Origin: Actinomycetes bacterium
GTDB lineage: Bacteria > Actinomycetota > Actinomycetes > Prado026
NCBI GenBank assembly: GCA_038252405.1
Contig: JBBSAJ010000009.1
Location: 3,670 to 67,669 of the forward strand
Direction: 5' to 3'
Length of the DNA: 64,000 nt
Below are positions 45,602 through 54,212 of the stretch, piece by piece (within the stretch, counting starts at the first letter, position 1; each line of letters opens with the position of its first letter). The notes under the pieces were generated by a model that worked only from the letters and a program-made list of their open reading frames with translations, searched no databases and was not told the DNA's origin. The position numbers were made by a program, and so were the translations under genes.

Positions 45602-46609
45602 GTGGCCAAGCCCTCGATCCGCCCGCAGGTCTGGCGGCCCCCGCCCGCGCCCGCCATGAACGGCGCGTACGCGCCCAACCGGCTGCTGGCCGGGCTGGAG
45701 CGCCTCGAGGTGCCCGGCAGCGGACCCGAGGACGTCGCCGTCGACCACGCCGGCGCCGTCTACACGGGCACCGCGGACGGCACGATCCTGCGGCTGTCCG
45801 CGGACGGGCGCCGGATCGAGCGGGTGGCCACCACCGGGGGCCGTCCGCTTGGCATCGAGGTGGACCCGGACGGCCGGCTGGTCGTCTGCGACGCCGAGCG
45901 CGGGCTGCTGCGGCTGGACCCGCGCACCGAGGTCGTCGAGACGCTGCTCGACGCGGCCGCCGGCGTCCGGCTGGCCAACAACGCGGCCATCGGCTCCGAC
46001 GGCTCCATCTACTTCAGCGACTCGTCCCAGCGGTTCGCGCTCGAGCACTACAAGGCCGACCTGATCGAGCACAGCGGCACCGGCCGGCTGCTGCGACGCC
46101 ACCCGGACGGCGAGGTCGAGACGCTGCTCACCGGCCTGCAGTTCGCCAACGGGGTGGCCCTGGCGCCGGACGAGTCCTTCGTCCTGGTCGCCGAGACCGG
46201 CGGCTACCGGGTCCGCCGGTACTGGCTGAGCGGCCAGCGGGCAGGGACCGACGACGTTTTGGTGGACAACCTGCCGGGCCTGCCGGACAACCTGTCCACC
46301 GGCCCCAGCGGGGTGTTCTGGCTGGCCATGCCGTCGACCCGCAACGCCACGTTGGACTGGCTGCTGCCCCGGCCCGGGGTGTTGCGCAGGGCCGTGTGGG
46401 CGCTGCCGGACGCCGTCCAGCCGGACGCGGCCCGGGTCACCTTCGTCCTCGGCCTGGCCGCCGACGGCACGGTCGTGCACAACCTCCAGGACGACGGTCA
46501 GCGCTACCACTACGTGACGGGTGTCCGGGAGCACGACGGTTGGCTGTACCTCGGCAGCCTGGTCGAGGCGGCGGTCGCGAGGGTCCGGCTCCCGGGAGCC
46601 GGGGCATGA
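45602..46609 (+). CDS. SMP-30/gluconolactonase/LRE-like (strictosidine synthase-like) beta-propeller protein
   Basis: GTG start after GAGGAG. SGL-family repeats are present. Confidence 0.6.
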   Translation: MAKPSIRPQVWRPPPAPAMNGAYAPNRLLAGLERLEVPGSGPEDVAVDHAGAVYTGTADGTILRLSADGRRIERVATTGGRPLGIEVDPDGRLVVCDAERGLLRLDPRTEVVETLLDAAAGVRLANNAAIGSDGSIYFSDSSQRFALEHYKADLIEHSGTGRLLRRHPDGEVETLLTGLQFANGVALAPDESFVLVAETGGYRVRRYWLSGQRAGTDDVLVDNLPGLPDNLSTGPSGVFWLAMPSTRNATLDWLLPRPGVLRRAVWALPDAVQPDAARVTFVLGLAADGTVVHNLQDDGQRYHYVTGVREHDGWLYLGSLVEAAVARVRLPGAGA

Positions 46610-47424
46610 GGCTGCTGCTGCTGGGGGTCCGCGGCTCGGTGCCCGCCCCCGGAGCCGACTTCGTGCGGTACGGCGGGCAGACCTCCTGTGTCGCCATCAC
46701 CGCGGACGGCGCCGACGCGCCCACGCTGGTCCTGGACGCCGGGACCGGGCTGCGTGCCCTCACCGCCCGGCTCGGCGGGGCGCCCTACCGGGGGGCGATC
46801 TTGCTGAGCCACCTGCACTGGGACCACCTGTGGGGGCTGCCGTTCTTCGCCGCGGGCGACCGCGAGGGAGCCGCCGTCGACCTCTACCTGCCGGCGCAGG
46901 ACGGCGTCTCGGCCCGTGACCTGCTGGCCCGCCCGATGGGCCCGCCGATCTTCCCGATCACCCCGGAGGGGCTGCTCGGCCGGTGGGCGTTCCACGGGCT
47001 GGAACCCGGCCGGCACGAGATCGCCGGGTTCACGGTGACCGCCGCCGAGATCGAGCACAAGGGCGGCCGGGCCTATGGCTACCGGGTCGAGGACCGTTCC
47101 GGATCGGTGGCGTACCTGCCCGACCACTCGCCCTCCGCTGGGGTGTCGGCGCAGACCCGGGCCGTGCTGGACGGCGTGGACGTGCTGCTGCACGACGCGC
47201 AGTTCCTGACCCCCGAGCGGGCGGTGGCCGACCTGTACGGGCACGCCACGGTCGAGGATGCGGTCGCCCTCGCCCAGCAGGCCGCCGTAGGACGGCTGGT
47301 GCTGTTCCACCACAGCCCGACCCGCACCGACGACCAGCTGGACGCGATCGGGGCCGGGCTCGACCAGGCGGTGCCGACGTCGGTGGCCAGGGAGGGCGAC
47401 GAGATCACGGTCGGACGGCCCTAG
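46606..47424 (+). CDS. MBL-fold metallo-hydrolase
   Basis: HLHWDH zinc motif. ATGA overlap with the previous gene. Confidence 0.75.
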   Translation: MRLLLLGVRGSVPAPGADFVRYGGQTSCVAITADGADAPTLVLDAGTGLRALTARLGGAPYRGAILLSHLHWDHLWGLPFFAAGDREGAAVDLYLPAQDGVSARDLLARPMGPPIFPITPEGLLGRWAFHGLEPGRHEIAGFTVTAAEIEHKGGRAYGYRVEDRSGSVAYLPDHSPSAGVSAQTRAVLDGVDVLLHDAQFLTPERAVADLYGHATVEDAVALAQQAAVGRLVLFHHSPTRTDDQLDAIGAGLDQAVPTSVAREGDEITVGRP

Positions 47425-47455
47425 CCGCGGCCCGGCCGGCCGGAAGACTGGCGTC

Positions 47456-48142
47456 ATGACCGCAGCAACGGCGGGTGTCGTGGTGCTGCTGGTCGTCCTG
47501 AACCTGGCCACCAACGTCTGGTGGCCCAGGGCCTACCTGGCGGTGTGCATCGTGGGCGCCGCCGCGCTCCTCGCGATCGGCCGGCTCGCGGGGTTGACCT
47601 GGACCGACATGGGGCTGGGCCGGGCGGCGGTGCTGGCCGGGGTGCTGTGGGGGCTCGGCGCGGTGGCCGTGGTGGGTGTGGGGTACCTCGCCGTGGGCGC
47701 CGTGCCGGCCGGTCGCCGGCTCCTGCACGACGACCGGGCTCCCGAGGCGTGGCGCCCGCTGTTCTACCGGGCCGTGCTGCACGTCCCGCTGGGCACGGTG
47801 CTGCTCGAGGAGGTGGCTTTCCGCGGCGTCCTGCTCGGGCTGGTCGCGAAGGAGCACGGCATGGTCGTCGCGGTAGCTGTGTCCTCGGCGCTGTTCGGGC
47901 TGTGGCACGTGCTGCCGACGCTCGAGGCCGTGCGCTCGTCGACCGTCGTGGCGACGGCGATGGGTGGCCGGGGACCACTGCGTGCGGTCCTCGCCGCGGT
48001 GGCCTTCACCGCTGCCGCCGGCGTCCTGTTCAGCTCGCTGCGGGTGGTCAGCGGCAGCCTGCTGGCCCCGGCGGGGCTGCACGTGGCCACCAACTCCGGC
48101 GGGTACCTGGCCGGTTTCCTGGTGCGTCCGCGCGCCCGCTGA
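47456..48142 (+). CDS. CPBP family intramembrane metalloprotease (CAAX protease-like)
   Basis: EEVAFRG and FGLWH motifs. Confidence 0.7.
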   Translation: MTAATAGVVVLLVVLNLATNVWWPRAYLAVCIVGAAALLAIGRLAGLTWTDMGLGRAAVLAGVLWGLGAVAVVGVGYLAVGAVPAGRRLLHDDRAPEAWRPLFYRAVLHVPLGTVLLEEVAFRGVLLGLVAKEHGMVVAVAVSSALFGLWHVLPTLEAVRSSTVVATAMGGRGPLRAVLAAVAFTAAAGVLFSSLRVVSGSLLAPAGLHVATNSGGYLAGFLVRPRAR

Positions 48143-48167
48143 CGCGCCAGCCGACCACAATCGTCGG

Positions 48168-49424
48168 GTGGTCACTCTCGCGCTCACCGACGAGGACCGG
48201 CGCCGCGACCTGGTCCGGATGAAGTCCATCGCGACCGGCCTGCTGCTGCTGGCCGCTGTCGTCTACCTGGTTGCGAACTCGGCGGTCAACGCGGGCGCCC
48301 CCGGCTGGGTCGGGTACGTCCGGGCGGCCGCCGAGGCCGGGATGGTCGGCGGGCTGGCCGACTGGTTCGCGGTGACCGCACTGTTCCGCCGGCCGCTCGG
48401 GCTGCCGATCCCGCACACGGCGATCATCCCCACCCGCAAGGACGACCTCGGCCGCGGGCTGTCGGACTTCGTCGGCTCCAACTTCCTGTCCGAACAGGTC
48501 GTGCGCGACCGGATCACCGCGGTGGGTCCGGCCGGCCGGGCCGGTGGCTGGCTGGCGCAGCGGGGCAACGCCGAGCGGGTGACCGCTGAGGTGGCCGCCG
48601 TCGTCCAGGGGGCCATCGGGGTGCTCCGGGACGACGACGTGCGCGCGGTGCTCGAGCATGCCGTCGTCCGGCGGCTGGTCGCCGCGCCGGTGGGGCCGCC
48701 GCTGGGCCGGCTGCTGGCCCGGGTGGTGGCCGACGGGGCGCACGTGGGTCTGGTCGACCTGGTCGTGGACAACACCAACGTCTGGCTGGCCGCGAACCGG
48801 GCCATGGTGGTCGACGTCATCGCCAAGCAGGCGCCGCCCTGGTCGCCCCGCTTCGTCGACGAGCGGGTGGCCGAGCGGCTCTACGCCGAGCTGGTGCGGG
48901 TGGCGGCGGAGGTCCGCGACGACCACGCGCACCCGCTGCGCGGCTCGCTCGATGGATTCCTGCTGCAGTTCGCCGCGGACCTGCGGGAGGACCCCGCGGT
49001 CATGGCCAGAGCCGAGGGTCTCAAGCAGCAGCTGCTCGACCACCCCGACGTCCGCCGGGCCTTCGGCGGCCTGTGGACGACGGTCCGCACGATGATCGTG
49101 GAGGCCGTCGAGGACCCGGACAGCGAGCTGCGTCGGCGGGCCACCGCTGCGCTGGCCGAGTTCGGCCGCCGGCTGGCGGGGGAGCCCGAGCTGCGGTCGA
49201 AGGTCGACGGCTGGGTCATCGCCGCCGTCGTCCACCTGGTGACGAACTACCGCGACGAGCTCACCACGACCATTACCGACACCATCGACCGGTGGGACGG
49301 CAAGGAGACGGCCCGCAAGGTCGAGCTCGCGGTGGGGCGGGACCTGCAGTTCATCCGGCTGAACGGCGCTGTCGTGGGCGCGTTGGCCGGGCTGGCGATC
49401 TACACGGTCACCCAGCTGCTCTAG
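48168..49424 (+). CDS. DUF445 family membrane protein
   Basis: GTG 48168 (alternative ATG 48219). DUF445-like sequence. Confidence 0.5.
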   Translation: MVTLALTDEDRRRDLVRMKSIATGLLLLAAVVYLVANSAVNAGAPGWVGYVRAAAEAGMVGGLADWFAVTALFRRPLGLPIPHTAIIPTRKDDLGRGLSDFVGSNFLSEQVVRDRITAVGPAGRAGGWLAQRGNAERVTAEVAAVVQGAIGVLRDDDVRAVLEHAVVRRLVAAPVGPPLGRLLARVVADGAHVGLVDLVVDNTNVWLAANRAMVVDVIAKQAPPWSPRFVDERVAERLYAELVRVAAEVRDDHAHPLRGSLDGFLLQFAADLREDPAVMARAEGLKQQLLDHPDVRRAFGGLWTTVRTMIVEAVEDPDSELRRRATAALAEFGRRLAGEPELRSKVDGWVIAAVVHLVTNYRDELTTTITDTIDRWDGKETARKVELAVGRDLQFIRLNGAVVGALAGLAIYTVTQLL

Positions 49425-49446
49425 CCCGCTGGCTCCAGTCCGTCCT

Positions 49447-49462
49447 TGTGACGCCGTTCACA
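49447..49462. promoter_or_regulatory. Perfect CRP/GlxR-type box TGTGA-CGCCGT-TCACA inside a 9-6-9 palindrome TCCTTGTGA-N6-TCACAAGGA
   Basis: It lies about 60 bp upstream of the HTH-PocR regulator gene and the sulfur-oxidation cluster. Confidence 0.55.
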
Positions 49463-49522
49463 AGGACCAATGACCCTTTCTGCACAGGCAGCATCGGACC
49501 TAGCGTGTTCAGCGTGCAGGAG

Positions 49523-50209
49523 ATGCAGAACAGGCAGGAGCGGGCGCCGCGGGGCCTGCTCACGGCCGACGAGGTTCAGCAGCTCCTCGACATCGACCGC
49601 TCCACCATCTACCGGATGGCCGGCGACGGCCGGCTGCCGGCCGTGAAGATCGGCCGTCAGTGGCGGTTCCCGGCCGACCGGATCGCCGCGCTGCTCGAAG
49701 TCGGCACCCAAGCCCCGGCCGCGAACCCCGCGTTCGACACGACCTCGTCGCAGCCCCTGAGCCCGCCGCTGTCGGCCGAGCTCGCTGAGTCGGTGCTGGA
49801 CGTGGCCGCCGGTGCGCTGGACGTGATGATGGTCGTCACGGACATGACGGGGCGGCCGGTGACGAATGTGGTCAACCCGTGCGCCCGATTCGTCCACGAG
49901 TCCAGCGACCCCGCGACCCTGGCTGTGTGTATCGAGGAGTGGCGGCAGCTGGCTGACGACGTCCACTTCGAGTCCCGGTTCCGCCTCGGCCGCCTCGGTT
50001 TCGAGTGCGCCCGGGCGTTCATCCGGGTCGGCTCGGAGCTGGTCGGCATGGTGCTGGCCGGCGGTGTGGCCCCGGTCGGTGATGAATCCGGCGACCTGTT
50101 CCAGCTCGACCCCGGACGGCGCCAGCAGGTGCTGTCCACGCTACCCAAAGTGGCTGCGGCACTGTCTCGCGTTGCCACCCCGACGAAGGACCTAAGGAGC
50201 GCAGGATGA
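49523..50209 (+). CDS. transcriptional regulator: N-terminal excisionase/MerR-type HTH plus a C-terminal PocR-like sensor domain
   Basis: HTH LLTADEVQQLLDIDRSTIYRMAGDGRLPAVKIGRQWRFP. The C-terminal ~170 aa are PocR-like and carry 3 Cys. Alternative start GTG 49505. Confidence 0.55.
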   Translation: MQNRQERAPRGLLTADEVQQLLDIDRSTIYRMAGDGRLPAVKIGRQWRFPADRIAALLEVGTQAPAANPAFDTTSSQPLSPPLSAELAESVLDVAAGALDVMMVVTDMTGRPVTNVVNPCARFVHESSDPATLAVCIEEWRQLADDVHFESRFRLGRLGFECARAFIRVGSELVGMVLAGGVAPVGDESGDLFQLDPGRRQQVLSTLPKVAAALSRVATPTKDLRSAG

Positions 50210-51441
50210 AGCGACTGCTCGTGCTCGGCGGTGGAACCGCAGGCACGATGGCCGTGAACAAGCTGCGGCCGCGGCTGGCCCGCGACGAGTGGCAAATCAC
50301 TGTTGTCGACCCGAGTGACACGCACTACTACCAGCCCGGTTACCTGTTCGTCCCGTTCGGCATCTACCAGCCCGAGGAGATCGTGAAGCCGCGCAAGCGC
50401 TTCATCCCCGAGGGCGTCGACCTGGTCCAGGCCGAGGTCGACAAGGTCCTGCCGGAGGACAACAAGGTCCTGCTCGTCGGTGGCCAGGAGCTGCCGTACG
50501 ACTACTTGATCATCGCCAGCGGCACCACGCCGCGGCCGGACCAGACCCCCGGTATGGCCGATGACATGGGCGGCAGCGTCCACGAGTTCTTCAGCTACGA
50601 GGGCGCCAAGCGGCTGGCCGAGAAGCTGAAGACCTGGGAGGGCGGCAAGCTGGTCGTCCACCTGACCGAGATGCCGATCAAGTGCCCGGTCGCCCCGCTG
50701 GAGTTCAGCTTCCTGGCCGAGGCCTTCTTCACCGAGAAGGGCATGCGGGACCAGGTCGAGATCACCTACGTGACCCCGCTCGAGGGCGCGTTCACCAAGC
50801 CGGTGGCGTCCAAGCACCTGGGCGGCATGTTCGACGAGCGCAAGATCCAGCTCGAGGCCGACTTCATGATCGAGTCGATCGACCCCGAGGCCAAGAAGCT
50901 GGTCTCGTTCGACGAGCGTGAGGTGCCCTACGACCTGCTGGTCACCATTCCGATCAACATGGGCGCCGACTTCGTGGCCCGGTCCGGCCTCGGCGACGAC
51001 CTGAACTACGTCCCGGTGGACAAGGAGACGTTGCTCTCCAACGCCTACGACAACATCTTCGCGATTGGCGACGCGTCGAACATCCCGGCGTCCAAGGCCG
51101 GCTCGGTGGCGCACTTCTCGATGGACCTGTTCCCGGACAACTTCGTCAACCACATCAACGGCCGTCCGATGACCGAGAAGTTCGACGGGCACGCCAACTG
51201 CTTCATCGAGAGCGGGCACGGCAAGGGTCTGCTGATCGACTTCAACTATGAGACCGAGCCGCTCCCCGGCAAGTACCCGCTGCCCGGCGTCGGCCCCTTC
51301 AGCCTGCTGAAGGAGACCGAGATCAACCACTGGGGCAAGATGATGTTCCGCTGGATGTACTGGAACCTGCTGCTCCCCGGCAAGGAGCTCCCGCTGCCCG
51401 CCCTGATGTCGATGGCCGGGAAGCAGACGGAGGGCGAGTGA
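50206..51441 (+). CDS. sqr: sulfide:quinone oxidoreductase-like FAD-dependent pyridine nucleotide-disulfide oxidoreductase
   Basis: N-terminal LVLGGGTAGT FAD motif. Candidate redox cysteines lie in KCPVAPLE and HANCF. ATGA overlap with the regulator gene. Confidence 0.65.
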   Translation: MKRLLVLGGGTAGTMAVNKLRPRLARDEWQITVVDPSDTHYYQPGYLFVPFGIYQPEEIVKPRKRFIPEGVDLVQAEVDKVLPEDNKVLLVGGQELPYDYLIIASGTTPRPDQTPGMADDMGGSVHEFFSYEGAKRLAEKLKTWEGGKLVVHLTEMPIKCPVAPLEFSFLAEAFFTEKGMRDQVEITYVTPLEGAFTKPVASKHLGGMFDERKIQLEADFMIESIDPEAKKLVSFDEREVPYDLLVTIPINMGADFVARSGLGDDLNYVPVDKETLLSNAYDNIFAIGDASNIPASKAGSVAHFSMDLFPDNFVNHINGRPMTEKFDGHANCFIESGHGKGLLIDFNYETEPLPGKYPLPGVGPFSLLKETEINHWGKMMFRWMYWNLLLPGKELPLPALMSMAGKQTEGE

Positions 51442-52142
51442 TGACCGAGGTCGTCTCGGCCCCGTCGCTGGACCAGCGGCTCGACCTGCTCAGCGAGCAG
51501 GTCGGGGCCATCGCCGAAGAGCTGCGCCGGCAGCGCCAGAGCCGGGAGCAGTGGTCGGAGCTGGTCACCGACCTGACCCCGGTCACCAAGGGCGTCATGG
51601 ACGTCGCCACCCGTGAGCTGGCGGACCTGAGCGAGGACGTCAGCCTCGAGGATGCCGTTCGGTTCCTCAAGACGACGGCCCGCGAGCTGCCCCGGCTCGA
51701 GGCTCTGATGGCGCAGCTGGACTCGATGAGCCAGCTGGTCAGCGAGGTCATGCCCCTGGTCGGACCGGGGGTGGGCAAGCTCACCGACGTGATGCAGCAG
51801 CTGGACGACAAGGGCTACTTCATGTTCGCCCAGGGCGGCATGGAGATCGCCGACAAGGTCGTCACGTCCTTCGACCACGACGACGTCGTGGCGCTGGGTG
51901 ACAACGTCGTCCTGATCCTCAACACGGTCAGGGAGATGACCCAGCCTGAGGTGATGGGGATGCTCAAGCGCACCTTCGTCACCGTGCAGGAGGTCGAGGA
52001 GGCGCACGTCGAGCCCCCGTCCATGTTCGCGCTGATCAAGGAGATGCGCGACCCGCAGACTCGCCGCGGGCTGTCCCGCGTGGTGAGCATGCTCCGCACC
52101 GTCGGTGCCGAGCAGCCCGAATCGTCAACCCCAACCAGCTAG
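51438..52142 (+). CDS. DUF1641 domain protein (commonly partnered with SQR-type oxidoreductases)
   Basis: ATGA overlap with the SQR-like gene. Confidence 0.5.
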   Translation: MMTEVVSAPSLDQRLDLLSEQVGAIAEELRRQRQSREQWSELVTDLTPVTKGVMDVATRELADLSEDVSLEDAVRFLKTTARELPRLEALMAQLDSMSQLVSEVMPLVGPGVGKLTDVMQQLDDKGYFMFAQGGMEIADKVVTSFDHDDVVALGDNVVLILNTVREMTQPEVMGMLKRTFVTVQEVEEAHVEPPSMFALIKEMRDPQTRRGLSRVVSMLRTVGAEQPESSTPTS

Positions 52143-52158
52143 GAAGGTTCGAACCACC

Positions 52159-52473
52159 ATGCCCGTGACCACGATGAACGGCCGGGAGATCCACGTCGAC
52201 GACGAGGGCTTCCTCACCGCGTACGACGAGTGGGACGAGGACCTCGGCAAGGTCCTCGCCGCCAACATCGGCGTCGACATGACCGACGAGCACTGGAAGG
52301 TCATCAAGTTCCTGCGGGACGACTTCAAGGTGACCGGCGAGACCGCGACCACCCGCCGGGTGCAGTCCGTCGGCGGCTTCTCCACCAAGGACCAGTTCAC
52401 GCTGTTCCCGAAGAAGCCGGCCAAGAAGATGTCCTACATCGCCGGGCTGCCCAAGCCGCACGGCTGCGTCTGA
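52159..52473 (+). CDS. TusE/DsrC/DsvC family sulfur-relay protein
   Basis: C-terminus ...PKPHGCV matches the conserved DsrC/TusE penultimate-Cys tail. RBS AGGAAGG. Confidence 0.65.
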   Translation: MPVTTMNGREIHVDDEGFLTAYDEWDEDLGKVLAANIGVDMTDEHWKVIKFLRDDFKVTGETATTRRVQSVGGFSTKDQFTLFPKKPAKKMSYIAGLPKPHGCV

Positions 52474-52497
52474 CCACCGAGGACGGAGAAACAGACT

Positions 52498-53019
52498 ATG
52501 AGTGCACCCATCGTCCCGAGTTTCGGCGACGACGAGGAGACCGACCGCAAGTTCGTCCTCATCTGCTCCAAGGGCAACCTGGACATGGCCTACCCGGCCC
52601 TCGTCTTGGCCAACGCCGCCCTGGGTGAGGGCATCGAGACCCACCTGTTCTTCACCTTCTGGGGCTTCGACATGATCACCAAGTCCCGGATGAACGACCT
52701 GAAGTTCACGCCCACCGGCAACACCGCAATGCACCTGCCGATCGGCGGGATCCGGATGCCGCAGGCACTGGCGCCGCTCCCCGGCGTCCAGGCGGTGGCG
52801 ACGAAGATGCTCAAGGACCAGATCGCCGAGCTCGGTATCCCCGAGGTCCCGGAGTTCCTGGACCAGATCGTCGCGGCCGGTGGCCACCTGTGGGCCTGCC
52901 GGATGTCGGCGGACATGAACCACCTGACCGAGTCGGACCTGCGCGACGACGTCGAGGGCATCATCAACGCCTCGGACTTCATCGAGATGACCGACGGCGC
53001 CCAGCTGCTCTTCATCTGA
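52498..53019 (+). CDS. DsrE/DsrF-like family sulfur-carrier protein
   Basis: 174 aa with the LWACRMS conserved-cysteine motif. Confidence 0.55.
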   Translation: MSAPIVPSFGDDEETDRKFVLICSKGNLDMAYPALVLANAALGEGIETHLFFTFWGFDMITKSRMNDLKFTPTGNTAMHLPIGGIRMPQALAPLPGVQAVATKMLKDQIAELGIPEVPEFLDQIVAAGGHLWACRMSADMNHLTESDLRDDVEGIINASDFIEMTDGAQLLFI

Positions 53020-53032
53020 CCCCCGCCTGAAC

Positions 53033-53076
53033 TTGTCAGGGTGAGGACGAGCTATAGCTCGTCCTCACCCTGACAA
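53033..53076. terminator. Palindromic hairpin P4 (TTGTCAGGGTGAGGACGAGC-TATA-GCTCGTCCTCACCCTGACAA), 20-bp perfect stem
   Basis: It lies 14 bp after the dsrE-like stop and shares the TGTCAGGGTGA core with P1-P3. Confidence 0.65.
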
Positions 53077-53111
53077 CTGTGCGGGGGCGGGCGGCTGAGA
53101 TAGTGAGCGCC

Positions 53112-53432
53112 ATGCCCAACGTCCTCACTCGCTACCGGATCATGGCCTACGTCACCGGCGTCGGTCTGGTCCTGCTCGTCTGCGTCGCCATGCCGCTGAA
53201 GTACTTCGCCGACTCACCGGGCATGGTCCACGTCATCGGGATGCTGCACGGCTACCTCTACATCCTGTACATCATCGCGACGTTCGACCTCGGGTCCCGG
53301 CGGCGCTGGCCGCTGCTCAAGATGCTGCTCGTCATGCTGTCCGGCACGATCCCGTTCGCCGTCTTCTTCGTCGAGCACCGGATCGTCAAGGAGGAGCTCG
53401 CCCGGACTGGCAGCCCCGGCAGCGCCGCCTGA
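53112..53432 (+). CDS. DUF3817 family small membrane protein
   Basis: ATG 53112 is M12 of the track ORF. Three transmembrane helices; the protein is typically genome-adjacent to SURF1 in Actinobacteria. Confidence 0.55.
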   Translation: MPNVLTRYRIMAYVTGVGLVLLVCVAMPLKYFADSPGMVHVIGMLHGYLYILYIIATFDLGSRRRWPLLKMLLVMLSGTIPFAVFFVEHRIVKEELARTGSPGSAA

Positions 53433-54167
53433 GCCGGTGGCTGCCTCCTTGCGGACGGCGGCCGCCCACATCCACACCGTGGCCGCGGCGAACAGCCACC
53501 ACTGCAGCGCGTAGGTCAGGCTCTGCACCGACCAGTGGGTGGTCGTCGGCGGCAGCGGGGGAGGCACGGTGTCCAGCGCGGGTGTCGTGGGCGGCTGCTG
53601 GTCGGCGAGCAGCACCGAGCCGTCGTAGAGCCGGTACGGCCACCGGTTGACCAGGTCAGCGGTGGTGACCCGCTCCACCTGCCCGGCGGGCAGCACGCTG
53701 GTCATCCCGGCTGGCAGGGGGGTCTCCGAGGGCGCCAGGTAGCCGCGCACGGTCACCGGACCGGCCGGCGGTGCCGAGACGGTGACGTCCGGCTGTCCCT
53801 GCCCTGGCACCCAGCCGCGGACCACCGTGGCTGCCTGCCCCGCGGACGTCACGAGCGGGGTCACCACGTAGAAGCCGCCCTTGCCCTGCAGGTCGTGGCC
53901 TGGGGAGAGCAGCTGATGGGCCACGTCGTACCGGCCGGTCACGGTCACCGCGGCCCCGCGGTTGTCCGCCGTGACCAGGTTCTGCGCGCCCACCGCCACG
54001 GCCAGCGGCCGGGCCGTGCTCAGCGCTGGGGCGGTCGCCGGGGGGCCCGAGTCACGGGTGCGGGCCCGGTCCCACTGCCACCCGCCGAGCGTCACGAAGG
54101 CGGCGATAGCGAGCAGCGCCCCGACGTGGACGGCGAGCCAGCGGGGCTGCAGCAGGAACCGGTACAT
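53214..54167 (-). CDS. SURF1 family (cytochrome oxidase assembly) protein; the annotated 3' 219 bp overlap DUF3817 antisense
   Basis: ATG 54167 gives MYRFLLQPRWLAVHVGALLAIAAFVTLGGWQWDRA. The second transmembrane helix ends near 53432, yet there is no in-frame stop until 53214. Confidence 0.55.
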   Translation of the reverse strand: MYRFLLQPRWLAVHVGALLAIAAFVTLGGWQWDRARTRDSGPPATAPALSTARPLAVAVGAQNLVTADNRGAAVTVTGRYDVAHQLLSPGHDLQGKGGFYVVTPLVTSAGQAATVVRGWVPGQGQPDVTVSAPPAGPVTVRGYLAPSETPLPAGMTSVLPAGQVERVTTADLVNRWPYRLYDGSVLLADQQPPTTPALDTVPPPLPPTTTHWSVQSLTYALQWWLFAAATVWMWAAAVRKEAATGSGGAAGAASPGELLLDDPVLDEEDGERDRAGQHDEQHLEQRPAPPGPEVERRDDVQDVEVAVQHPDDVDHAR

Positions 54168-54212
54168 CGGGGACCACGGTACGTCCCACACCGCAGGTGA
54201 CTGCGCAGTAAC

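Noticed and set aside
45482-45602. CCGCGG-containing inverted repeats in the 120-bp spacer before the SGL gene
   Set aside because: The hexamer is self-complementary, so the apparent symmetry is trivial, and no extended palindrome is present.
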